Below the pieces are notes generated by a model. That model had not been told where the DNA came from, did no database searches, and worked only from the letters and a program-made list of their open reading frames with translations. The translations under genes and the position numbers were made by a program. Shown piece by piece: positions 19,170-28,395 of a stretch of DNA of 64,000 bases. Origin of the DNA: an uncultured Erysipelotrichaceae bacterium (GTDB lineage: Bacteria; Bacillota_I; Bacilli_A; RFN20; CAG-826); the NCBI GenBank assembly GCA_902797795.1, contig CADBUF010000012.1, positions 232 to 64,231 of the forward strand, read 5' to 3'. Position 1 is the first letter of the stretch; the number at the start of each line of letters is the position of its first letter.

Positions 19170-20509
19170 ACTCCTTGCGCAAGCATCGCATCATACACTT
19201 TTAAGAATCCAGCGATATTAGCGCCTAAAGCTAAGTTACGTGGTTGACCAAATTTAACCGCAGTTTCATGACATGCTTTAAAGATTTTCTTCATGATCTC
19301 TTCAAGCTTTTGATCGACTTCTTCAAATGTCCAGCTTAAATGCATAGCGTTTTGACTCATTTCAAGGCCACTAACAGCAACTCCGCCAGCATTACTAGCT
19401 TTACCAGGAGCGAATAAGACATCATGAGTGTTGAAGTATCTAATTGCTTCAACGTCTGTAGGCATATTAGCGCCTTCAACTAACATAAAACAGCCATTCT
19501 TTTTAAGTTCTTCGGCTTCTTTAAGAGCAATTTCACCTTGTGTAGCACATGGGAGAGCAATATCGCAAGGAACGGACCATAATCCTCTAGGACCTTCAAC
19601 AAATTTGGCGCCTTTATGAGTTGAAGCATATTCTTTAGAGAACATTCCTTTGGCTTTAGATAATTCGACGATATATGGAACATCTAATCCGTTTGGATCG
19701 CTAACATAACCATCAATATCGCTCATACCGACAAGGATTGCGCCTAATTGATGGGCTTTTTCTGCCGCCATACCACCGACTTTGCCACAGCCAGAAATTA
19801 TTACTCTTTTACCTTTGAAATCGGTGTTGAAATAGGTCTTTAACATTTCTCTAGCGTAATAAAGTAAGCCATAACCAGTAGCCTCAGGTCTAGCTAAAGA
19901 ACCACCATAAGAGATGCCTTTACCAGTAAAGACTCCACTCCATTCATCACGGAGTTTCTTATAATAACCAAACATATAACCAACTTCACGAGCCCCAAAA
20001 CCTAAATCACCAGCAGGTACGTCAGTGTCTGGTCCAATATGACGATAAAGTTCACTCATAAAGGATTGACAGAATCTCATCACTTCCCCATCGCTTTTAC
20101 CACGTGGATCAAAGTCCGCGCCACCTTTACCGCCACCCATTGGAAGGCCAGTTAAACTGTTTTTAAATGTTTGTTCAAAACCTAAGAATTTTAAAATTGA
20201 TAAGTTGACAGATGGATGGAATCTCATTCCACCTTTATATGGGCCAATCGCGGAATTAAATTGCACACGATATCCAGTGTTCACTCTGATTTTTCCACTA
20301 TCATCAACCCAAGGGACTCTCATTTGGATAACTCTTTCAGGAACGATAAGTCTTTCAAGAATTGAATATTGTTCAATCTTTGGATCTTTTTCCACTAAGA
20401 AATCCATGGAATCGAAGAATTCTTCAACCGCACTAACGAACTCTTTTTCATGTCCATATTTGGTTTTAACTTCTTCAAGCAATCTGTTTAGATAAGCACT
20501 TTTATACAT
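19163..20509 (-). CDS. gdhA: NADP-specific glutamate dehydrogenase
   Basis: 448 aa. GLPMGGGKGGADFDP catalytic lysine motif, Rossmann GCGKVGG. Confidence 0.9.
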   Translation of the reverse strand: MYKSAYLNRLLEEVKTKYGHEKEFVSAVEEFFDSMDFLVEKDPKIEQYSILERLIVPERVIQMRVPWVDDSGKIRVNTGYRVQFNSAIGPYKGGMRFHPSVNLSILKFLGFEQTFKNSLTGLPMGGGKGGADFDPRGKSDGEVMRFCQSFMSELYRHIGPDTDVPAGDLGFGAREVGYMFGYYKKLRDEWSGVFTGKGISYGGSLARPEATGYGLLYYAREMLKTYFNTDFKGKRVIISGCGKVGGMAAEKAHQLGAILVGMSDIDGYVSDPNGLDVPYIVELSKAKGMFSKEYASTHKGAKFVEGPRGLWSVPCDIALPCATQGEIALKEAEELKKNGCFMLVEGANMPTDVEAIRYFNTHDVLFAPGKASNAGGVAVSGLEMSQNAMHLSWTFEEVDQKLEEIMKKIFKACHETAVKFGQPRNLALGANIAGFLKVYDAMLAQGVC

Positions 20510-20668
20510 TTTCTCCTCCTATCCATAGCAAAAAAGTATTTTGAAGCAAGCCAAAATAACTAGCTATGAATTTTATATATATGTTTCATCAACACATTAA
20601 CTTTAACACTTTAAATTTTATTTTCAATGAGAAAAGAAAAAAGGGCGTCATAGTTAGAGAGCAAAAGA

Positions 20669-20688
20669 AAGGTCCTTTAGTCAGGACC
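20669..20688 (-). terminator. rho-independent terminator downstream of GT28-like gene
   Basis: GGTCCTttagtcAGGACC hairpin. On the minus strand it is followed by TTTCTTTTGCT. Confidence 0.5.
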
Positions 20689-20696
20689 AATCACAT

Positions 20697-22130
20697 TTAT
20701 TTTTTTCCCTTAACAGCGAGTTTAACGCATTCATAGGCTCCATCATAATGACCTTGAGCTTTTAGTTCATTAATGCGCCTACACATATGAGGAATTAGTT
20801 CTTTATCACTTATTAATCTATCAAGCATCGCGTTAGCCTCTTTTTTAGTAGGACATTCAGGAGTGGAGTCACCATTTTCTCTACCGTTTATCGCTCCATA
20901 TACTTCATGACCACCGATGTGTCTCATGAATAATTTTGGAATTGGATAATAAGCTAATTCACTTGGTTTAGTCACTAATAAATCAGTAACAGGCATTAAT
21001 AAGTTTGTCGAATAAACAGCCTCAAAGATATTCTTATTGTATATACAATAAACACCTTCCGCATCTCCATTTTTAATCTCTTTGACTAAGTCTAAGAGTT
21101 TGCCATATTCGTTAAAATAATTCTTGGTCTTAAGTTCAACCTTTTTAATGAGTTTATTATAAACAGTTAAGTGATCACCAAAGTTGATGAATAAGGCCAC
21201 TTTCTTCTCTTTTACATAAGGAAGAAGATATTTGACCATTGAGAGGAACATATCAAAACCCGCTCCCGCTCCTCCTACTGTCATAAGGATACGAATTGGT
21301 TTACCATTAACAACTCGATTAATTCTTCTTTCGTTATCTTCTTCTAAATTAACAAGTAATTCATGGTCGATGAAGCAACCCACCATTTTGAGTTGATCTT
21401 CAGGAATGCCATTGAGTGGTTTTTTATCAAACCCGTTAAGAGTCTTATAACCGAAATAGGCAAAAGGAGTTTGTACAGTGTGAATTGCTCCTTCAGAAAG
21501 ATGTAAGCCCATTGGCCAATTATCAGGAATGGCATTAACGACATGTGTCATACCAGCATGAATTGCGGCTTGGCTAGGCCATACGTGAGTGGCAATATAA
21601 GGGATTTCTTTAGGGATATTTCTAAAAATTGGAACGAGTAGTTCACTATTAGCTTGATCTTTCGCATTGTAGGAAATCTTTTTAAATCCTTCAGAGTTAA
21701 GTGGTTCCCAAACAAGTTTGTTAAATAGTTTAGATTTTTGAGAAATACGACTCGCTAAAGAATATAAATCGTTTTGTTCTCTTATCATTTTACTACCAGT
21801 TGCGTCAAAAGAAGCGAGGTCTAACCAATATGGTTTATAACCAAGCGCTTTAGCGGCACTGGCCATGGCAATAGAGATACGGTAATGTCCAAAACCCATA
21901 CGGATGTTACCAACAATTAAGGCTTTATCATCAAACTTTTGGTTCTCTTTTCCAAAGATGATATTATCCGCATTAATGAAATCTAAAGTTGGAATTGATT
22001 CGAAACTAATCTTGTATTCTTTAGAAGAATCATCACCATATTTTTTTATGTATTTCTTTTTGCTTTTATATGCACCCTTAACCACTTTCTTTGGTTGAGG
22101 ATTATTAAATATTGATTGAGATTTATTCAT
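20697..22130 (-). CDS. GT-B fold glycosyltransferase (GT28 / MGDG-synthase / UgtP-like)
   Basis: 477 aa. N-terminal ALIVGNIRMGFGHYRIS (GxGH motif as in MurG/UgtP) and C-terminal MTVGGAGAG donor-binding-domain start. Confidence 0.5.
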   Translation of the reverse strand: MNKSQSIFNNPQPKKVVKGAYKSKKKYIKKYGDDSSKEYKISFESIPTLDFINADNIIFGKENQKFDDKALIVGNIRMGFGHYRISIAMASAAKALGYKPYWLDLASFDATGSKMIREQNDLYSLASRISQKSKLFNKLVWEPLNSEGFKKISYNAKDQANSELLVPIFRNIPKEIPYIATHVWPSQAAIHAGMTHVVNAIPDNWPMGLHLSEGAIHTVQTPFAYFGYKTLNGFDKKPLNGIPEDQLKMVGCFIDHELLVNLEEDNERRINRVVNGKPIRILMTVGGAGAGFDMFLSMVKYLLPYVKEKKVALFINFGDHLTVYNKLIKKVELKTKNYFNEYGKLLDLVKEIKNGDAEGVYCIYNKNIFEAVYSTNLLMPVTDLLVTKPSELAYYPIPKLFMRHIGGHEVYGAINGRENGDSTPECPTKKEANAMLDRLISDKELIPHMCRRINELKAQGHYDGAYECVKLAVKGKK

Positions 22131-23736
22131 CGTGTAGCACTCCTTTTTCCGTGTTATAAACTAGTTTATGATTCTTATTATCAAGTTCATAAATGATATC
22201 TATATATTTTCTACCTCTTCGAGAAATAGAAACAACTTTCGCATTCTTAAATAAATTTAAAGCATTAGATAAAACGTCTTTCTTCTCTTCATCATAACTA
22301 GCGATATTGTCACTAGTCATAAGCACGCTTCCAAATAGAGCATTTATAATTGTTAAAGCTTTTCTTTGTTCTTTGCTCAAAGAGATATTGGTGTCTCTTA
22401 GTAAGAATACGTCAGGATCATTTCCAAATAGATGTTGGTCAAAGATATGTCGATATATCGTATTTTGTAACGTCACTTTAGTGGATATTCTTTCTCTATG
22501 GAACATCCTCATAAAGGCGACGTCATCAAAGGATAAAGAGACATCTGGTCCCACTCTTAGATAATCGAATTCTCCGTAGGAATCAATAATATTTGCTCCA
22601 CATCCAAGGATGAGTTTGTCTTTTAAAACTTCTCTAAGAAAATGGTAGGCTTCTTTTTGGCTCATTGAACGACTCTTGCCTTTAGTAGGGAGAAGAGCAC
22701 AAGCATAAAGGAAATCGAGTTTAAAGAAATCAAAGCCAAGATCGACATAATGTAACAAACACTTTTTGATATATTCTCTAGCGTCCTTATTATAAATATC
22801 TAAAGAATAGAAACCTGACCAGTTACCACCAGCCTTAAGTGGTTTGCCGTGTTTATCTTTTACTAGCCAATCTTGATGCTCTTTAAAGGTTTTGGAATTT
22901 GTTTCCACTGCGAAAGGAGCAAGCCATATACCAGCCTTATATCCTTTAGAGTGGATTTTATCCACAATTCCTTCTAGCCCATTAGGGAATTTCTTTTGAT
23001 CAATTTCTAACCAATCACCAACAAAGCTTTCATAACCATCATCAATTTGGAAGATATTAAATCTTTCATCTAATGCATCTAAATCTCTTAAAATGATTTC
23101 CTCATTGATGTTTTGATAATAGTTATACCAAGATGTATAACCAAATAATTTTTCTTTATTTAAAATAGGGAAGTCTATATTAAATCCTTCAATACCTTCT
23201 TCATATGAATTGAAATAACGGTAATCAAAGACATTAATTTCTTCACCTTTTTTTAGTTCAATTCCTTTAATGTCACTCACTAAATGGAGACATCTTTGGT
23301 TTTTGATGAGTTCAATAATTAGATAAGCGTTAGAGTAATTGAGTGAATATAAGAAGCATTCATATTTCCCTCTCGCATAGAAAATATCATAACCATGGCT
23401 CTTGTTAATAGAGTAATGGTAAAAAGAACTGTCACCATATTTATCCATAGCGTACATATGTGTAATGATGTGTGGAGATTTTTTAATGTTTCTTAATCTT
23501 TTTAATAAATAAAACTCTTTGGTGTCTGTCCAAGATTGATAACCATTAAGGAAATAATGATCGAAATAATTCACAAAGAAGGCAATTTTAGTATCCGCGC
23601 TTACTAAAGTGATATCTTTTTTTGCTTTAATAGAAACAACGTGACGATTATCTTTGTGAAAGGAAAAGACTTCCATGTCCATGTTAGACATAGAAGTTTT
23701 CATATGCTTATTATTTACTAAATAATGAACAAACAT
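22123..23736 (-). CDS. GH36-like glycoside hydrolase (alpha-galactosidase / raffinose-synthase-like)
   Basis: 537 aa. FQIDDGYESFVGDW...KGYKAGIWLAPF motifs typical of GH36/melibiase catalytic domain. Confidence 0.55.
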   Translation of the reverse strand: MFVHYLVNNKHMKTSMSNMDMEVFSFHKDNRHVVSIKAKKDITLVSADTKIAFFVNYFDHYFLNGYQSWTDTKEFYLLKRLRNIKKSPHIITHMYAMDKYGDSSFYHYSINKSHGYDIFYARGKYECFLYSLNYSNAYLIIELIKNQRCLHLVSDIKGIELKKGEEINVFDYRYFNSYEEGIEGFNIDFPILNKEKLFGYTSWYNYYQNINEEIILRDLDALDERFNIFQIDDGYESFVGDWLEIDQKKFPNGLEGIVDKIHSKGYKAGIWLAPFAVETNSKTFKEHQDWLVKDKHGKPLKAGGNWSGFYSLDIYNKDAREYIKKCLLHYVDLGFDFFKLDFLYACALLPTKGKSRSMSQKEAYHFLREVLKDKLILGCGANIIDSYGEFDYLRVGPDVSLSFDDVAFMRMFHRERISTKVTLQNTIYRHIFDQHLFGNDPDVFLLRDTNISLSKEQRKALTIINALFGSVLMTSDNIASYDEEKKDVLSNALNLFKNAKVVSISRRGRKYIDIIYELDNKNHKLVYNTEKGVLHDE

Positions 23737-23737
23737 A

Positions 23738-25276
23738 TTATTCTTTTTCGTTTTCGATAGCTTTTAAGAATTCTTTGTCTTCTTCTTTAGCGATGGTCTT
23801 CATAATGTGTTTTTCACGATAGAACATGAGAAGAATCGCACCTAAAACACAGAATCCAACCGCAACACAGGCAACGATAATCATTCCAGACTTGTCTGGA
23901 TAGACTTCATCTGCACTTGATCCTTTAGAGGACATTGCGACCGCTAAAGAGGTAAAAAGGATCATAGCGATTGATTGGCCAAATTTCATTGCAAATGTAC
24001 GAGCGGCAAAGAACATACCTTCTCTATTTTGACCTGTTGTCTTAGCTTCAGCTTCAGCAACATCGGCAACGATGGATTGAGGAATGATACCAAGTAAGGC
24101 CATTGGTAAAGCAGAAATAACCATGATTGCAATACCGAATGCCCAGCTTAATCCGTTGGCTCCAGCGCCTTCTTCAGGACAGAATCCTGGAATAGAACAT
24201 AAGGCCGCAATCGCATAACATAACGCTAAGCCCAAGAAACCAGCAATAACGAGTTTCTTTTTGCCAAACTTCTTAACAAATTTAGTAACGAATGGATAAA
24301 AGACAGCGGCCAAGATAGACATTCCACCCATGAAGAGCATGACCATACCTGCATCAAAGCCCATTGAAACTTTAACAAAATATGGTAAACCAGTTTGGAA
24401 CATTGTAAGTCCAACCCAGTACATGATGTCACTAGCGGAGAACGCTCCGAAATCTTTGTTTTTAAATGTCGAAGCTAAGGATCTGAAAACATTTTCGTTT
24501 GATGGTTTTGGATCGATGAAATCTGTTTCCTTTAAAGCAAAGGAAGGAATTAACATCGCTACGCAAGCAATGACAGCTAAAACAATGAAGCAAATTCTAA
24601 AGCTCCAAGCATATGCACTTGCTTGATCCATACCGCCATTAACTAGCATGGAAGTAACCATTTTATTAGTTATTACACCTGTATCAGTATTCATACTTGC
24701 CCCAGCAACAACGAATGGAATATAGGCAAATAATGTACCGAATAAATAAGTAAAGGAAATAGAGGTAGAAATAAACATTCTATCTTCTTGGTTTTGTCCA
24801 AATTCAGAAATTAATGCATTGTAAGGTGTGCAATACATTGTCATGAATAAATAAAACAAAACAATCATGATGGAAACCCATAAAATGTTGAGCCAGTTTT
24901 CTGCTCCAAAATCAATGCAGAATAATAAAACTGTGACAACTGCAAATGGAATAGCGGCAACTTGCATAAATGGGATACGACGTCCTCTTTTACATTTACT
25001 GCTATCACTTAAAGAAGCAATTAAAGGATCAGTAACCGCATCAAAAATACGGCTAGTCGCAGTAATTAAACCGATGATTGTTAAAAAACCACCAATAGCT
25101 AACCCACCAATAATATATTGAGTTGCTCCAAGTTGAGCGTCGGCTTTTGTTGGCATAAAGAATGTAACAAGCCACGCAGAGATGATACCACCAAGCAAGG
25201 ACCAACCAAATTGTCCAAGGGAGAAGATAATCATCTGTTTCTTTGATAATCTTTTTTTCATAAATATTTCGTGCAA
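23738..25276 (-). CDS. glycoside-pentoside-hexuronide (GPH)-type MFS sugar:cation symporter
   Basis: 512 aa, 12-TM-like hydrophobicity, GPH/MelB-like N-terminus. The listed start codon is TTG. An in-frame ATG at 25261 is an alternative start. Confidence 0.7.
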   Translation of the reverse strand: MHEIFMKKRLSKKQMIIFSLGQFGWSLLGGIISAWLVTFFMPTKADAQLGATQYIIGGLAIGGFLTIIGLITATSRIFDAVTDPLIASLSDSSKCKRGRRIPFMQVAAIPFAVVTVLLFCIDFGAENWLNILWVSIMIVLFYLFMTMYCTPYNALISEFGQNQEDRMFISTSISFTYLFGTLFAYIPFVVAGASMNTDTGVITNKMVTSMLVNGGMDQASAYAWSFRICFIVLAVIACVAMLIPSFALKETDFIDPKPSNENVFRSLASTFKNKDFGAFSASDIMYWVGLTMFQTGLPYFVKVSMGFDAGMVMLFMGGMSILAAVFYPFVTKFVKKFGKKKLVIAGFLGLALCYAIAALCSIPGFCPEEGAGANGLSWAFGIAIMVISALPMALLGIIPQSIVADVAEAEAKTTGQNREGMFFAARTFAMKFGQSIAMILFTSLAVAMSSKGSSADEVYPDKSGMIIVACVAVGFCVLGAILLMFYREKHIMKTIAKEEDKEFLKAIENEKE

Positions 25277-25316
25277 TTTCGCACGCCTCCTCTTTTTTAT
25301 TTATGCTCGCATGATT

Positions 25317-25940
25317 TTACGAGTTTTTAAGTGCGTTTAGGAATGTATCAATGAGACATTTGATCTCTTCATCTTTATTAATTTGTTCATCTTGATGAAG
25401 GACACTTCTCTCATAAGATAATTTTTTGCAGAGTTCGATCAATGCGTGCGTGGAAGTGAAATAAAATAGCTCTAAATCACTCAGAACACGCACGCTTTGA
25501 TCTTTTAATCCCAATTCATAGGCTCTTATATAGGCATTTTTAAAGAAGGCAAGACCGTCCTCATAGGCTTCAAGATTTTTGTCATCTTCTTTAATCATTA
25601 ATAAATCAAATTCACGAATAAATCTGAAATAGTTAGGACGTGTTTTAAAAACATCAAGATAAGAATTATAGAAAATCGCTAATTTCTCATAGCCAGTAAC
25701 GCCTGAATCCATTTTGAAAAAATCTTGGGAAACTGAATTTTGTAATGTCATCACTGCTTCATAGACAATTGCTTGTTTCTTGCCAAAATAACGATAGATA
25801 GTCATTTCACCAACATTAGCAGCTTTAGCAATGTCTTCAATTGCGATGTTTTCGATTCCGTGTTCAAGAAATAGACCGGTCGCGGTCTCAATAAAAAATT
25901 TTCTCTTAACATCTCTTAATGTCATAATTCTGATAGTCAA
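25317..25940 (-). CDS. TetR/AcrR family transcriptional regulator
   Basis: 207 aa. N-terminal HTH (IENIAIEDIAKAANVGEMTIYRYF) typical of TetR. Confidence 0.8.
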   Translation of the reverse strand: MTIRIMTLRDVKRKFFIETATGLFLEHGIENIAIEDIAKAANVGEMTIYRYFGKKQAIVYEAVMTLQNSVSQDFFKMDSGVTGYEKLAIFYNSYLDVFKTRPNYFRFIREFDLLMIKEDDKNLEAYEDGLAFFKNAYIRAYELGLKDQSVRVLSDLELFYFTSTHALIELCKKLSYERSVLHQDEQINKDEEIKCLIDTFLNALKNS

Positions 25941-26064
25941 ACTACCATTTTGATAACTTGTCTATCACTATTCTATTCTTTTATCCATATTTTAAACAAG
26001 AAAAAAGTGTTTTAAAGAAAAAAGAATTGCAAAGCAATTCTAATTTTTTTAAGTAATTAAAATT

Positions 26065-27210
26065 CTAATAAAAAACTTTTCTGATAAACGGAATCATCTT
26101 CAGTAGTTGAACGATATAAGTATCAACATATGATAATAAGAACGATCCCACTAAAGTGCAAATTGCAACAATTGGAATATATAACGCCGCGCTTAATGGT
26201 TCAAAGATTGGACCAAGCCAGATTTGGAAAATGAACATCACAAAGACATGTAACAAATAAATACCAAACGATTGTTTGGAAACGAGGTTAATACCTTTTC
26301 TAAACCATCCAGCGTTTTCCTTATTCTTTAAATATTGTTTAGCAAGAACAAAGGCCACCATTGCATTACCAACAATATTGATAGAGCAGAATTCATAGAA
26401 TAAGTAATCTGGATGACCGACGTGAAAAGTTAAACCCGCCGCGCCAAAAATCGTAGTTAGTAAACATATTCCACCCAAAATATAGAAGATCTTTTTATGT
26501 TTGATATCAAATTCAGATAGGTACCATCCTAAAACAAAATAGCCAATATAACCAAGTACTTGATATACTTTGACTTTGTCTAAAACAATAACAAAAGAAG
26601 CAAGGACATTATTTTCAGGACTAGATAAACGAGTAATCATCAATATGGCTTGAGCAAAAACACTTTGGAAAATGATAGCTAATATGAGGAAATATTCAAC
26701 GTATTTCCTATTATCCTTTTTCACCAACAATCTAAAGATTGGAGTGATGAGGTATAGACCAATTAACATTGGGATAAACCACAAGTGATAATGTCCATCT
26801 CTAAATGCGTTCCAGAAAAATTCACTAATGACAGGTTTGCCATCTATTGAAGGCATAATGATTTCAAAGAAAATAGCGTACAATAGCGACCAAACAACAT
26901 AAACTATACACATTCTAACAATGTGCTTTGCCATTTTCTTTCCAGTAAAATGATAAGATTCGTTTAAAAATAACGCTCCTGAAATCATGATGAATAAAGG
27001 AACAGAAATTCGACAAATAGAGTCTAAAATATTAGCGATCCAATAATCTGGACTTGATAAATAGTTTGGTAGTCCATTAAAAGAAATTGGCAAATTCGCG
27101 GGATTGATATTAAAAAGCACTGTCGCTGCAGTGTGAACAATGATAACCATGAAGCAAGAGATTGCTCTAAGGAAATCGAAATAGAATAAGCGCTCTTTCT
27201 TTTCTCCCAT
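26065..27210 (-). CDS. acyltransferase family 3 membrane protein (OatA/OafA-like)
   Basis: 381 aa, about 10 TM. FDFLRAISCFMVIIVHT N-terminal motif of Acyl_transf_3. Confidence 0.75.
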   Translation of the reverse strand: MGEKKERLFYFDFLRAISCFMVIIVHTAATVLFNINPANLPISFNGLPNYLSSPDYWIANILDSICRISVPLFIMISGALFLNESYHFTGKKMAKHIVRMCIVYVVWSLLYAIFFEIIMPSIDGKPVISEFFWNAFRDGHYHLWFIPMLIGLYLITPIFRLLVKKDNRKYVEYFLILAIIFQSVFAQAILMITRLSSPENNVLASFVIVLDKVKVYQVLGYIGYFVLGWYLSEFDIKHKKIFYILGGICLLTTIFGAAGLTFHVGHPDYLFYEFCSINIVGNAMVAFVLAKQYLKNKENAGWFRKGINLVSKQSFGIYLLHVFVMFIFQIWLGPIFEPLSAALYIPIVAICTLVGSFLLSYVDTYIVQLLKMIPFIRKVFY

Positions 27211-27357
27211 AAGCCTTGATAATTATATCATTTTATATAAAATGTACTACTTTTATTTGATGCAGTTTGGAAAAAATAATTATATAAGTGGTGAAATAGA
27301 CACCTAGAATATACGTAATTGTTTGTTTTTTTGTTATAACAAAATATAATTAATGGG

Positions 27358-28383
27358 ATGGAAGAAAAAATAGTAAGTAAACCAGTTAGAAAGCAAAGAG
27401 ATATATTTGATTTAACCAAATATGTTTTGTGTTTCATTGTTATCATGGTCCACAGTTCTTTTTTAAGAGAATATTTGTATCCATGGACTAGAATCATTGT
27501 TCCTATCTACTTCATGATCAGCGCTTTCTTATTTTGTGAGAAATTAAATAGAACTCCAGAAGCAGAACACTGGAAAGTCACGAAGAAATATATATGGAGA
27601 AACGTTACATTATATTTGTTCTGGTTTATTGTCCTCAGCCCAATTACCTTCATTTTTAGAGAAGGGGTGTGGAGTGGAGAAAATAGTCTATTAAGCATCA
27701 CAAAAGTTTTGGAGACTTTATTCTTAACAAATTCATTCTTTTCATCTTGGTTTATCACCGGCTGTATCTATGGGGCTTTAGCAATCTTTTTAACACGTAA
27801 AGTTCCTACTTGGGTATTAGTGACGATTATTTGTGTGGCGTTCACTATATTTTGTTTCTTCTCTTCCTATTCCTTTGTGTTTGGAAGAGTGAACGAATTT
27901 GCTACATTTTATGCGCCTAATGCGATTGTGTGGATGTTACTTGGTGCCTTAGTAGTGAGACATAACATCGAAATAAAGAGCAAAAAAGGATTTATCATTG
28001 TTGGTTCTCTTACCGCTTTAACCTTAGGTTTACTATTTGTAGAATGGTATTTTGTTAGAAGAACTACTGGAGTATTTACCTGGGATACACTTTTCTTTGT
28101 GTTACCACTAAGTTTTCTCACTTTTGTTTTAATTAAGGATATCCCTGTTAAAGTTAAACATGCGAAAACAATGAGAAAACTAAGCACTACTCTTTACACT
28201 ACACATTTTTCACTTATTGCAGTTTTTAATTTTATATTAGAAAAGATCTGCCCTGATTTGAACGCATACCTTTATACATTTATCCTCTTTGCGGCCTCCG
28301 CAATAGTGGCTCATCTCATCTCATATTTAATTTTCTATCTCGAAAAGAAACCGCATCTTAGCTTTTTGCGTTACTCATATTAA
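27358..28383 (+). CDS. acyltransferase family 3 membrane protein (second, divergent copy)
   Basis: 341 aa. FDLTKYVLCFIVIMVHSSF motif, polytopic. Confidence 0.7.
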   Translation: MEEKIVSKPVRKQRDIFDLTKYVLCFIVIMVHSSFLREYLYPWTRIIVPIYFMISAFLFCEKLNRTPEAEHWKVTKKYIWRNVTLYLFWFIVLSPITFIFREGVWSGENSLLSITKVLETLFLTNSFFSSWFITGCIYGALAIFLTRKVPTWVLVTIICVAFTIFCFFSSYSFVFGRVNEFATFYAPNAIVWMLLGALVVRHNIEIKSKKGFIIVGSLTALTLGLLFVEWYFVRRTTGVFTWDTLFFVLPLSFLTFVLIKDIPVKVKHAKTMRKLSTTLYTTHFSLIAVFNFILEKICPDLNAYLYTFILFAASAIVAHLISYLIFYLEKKPHLSFLRYSY

Positions 28384-28395
28384 GGAGAGAATCTT

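Noticed and set aside
25271-25298. CGTGC-N6-GCACG inverted repeat at the tetR / GPH-transporter junction as TetR operator; TTG versus ATG start of the transporter
   Set aside because: Arms are only 5 bp and overlap the putative start codon, so too weak to call an operator. The start codon ambiguity is noted in the feature instead.
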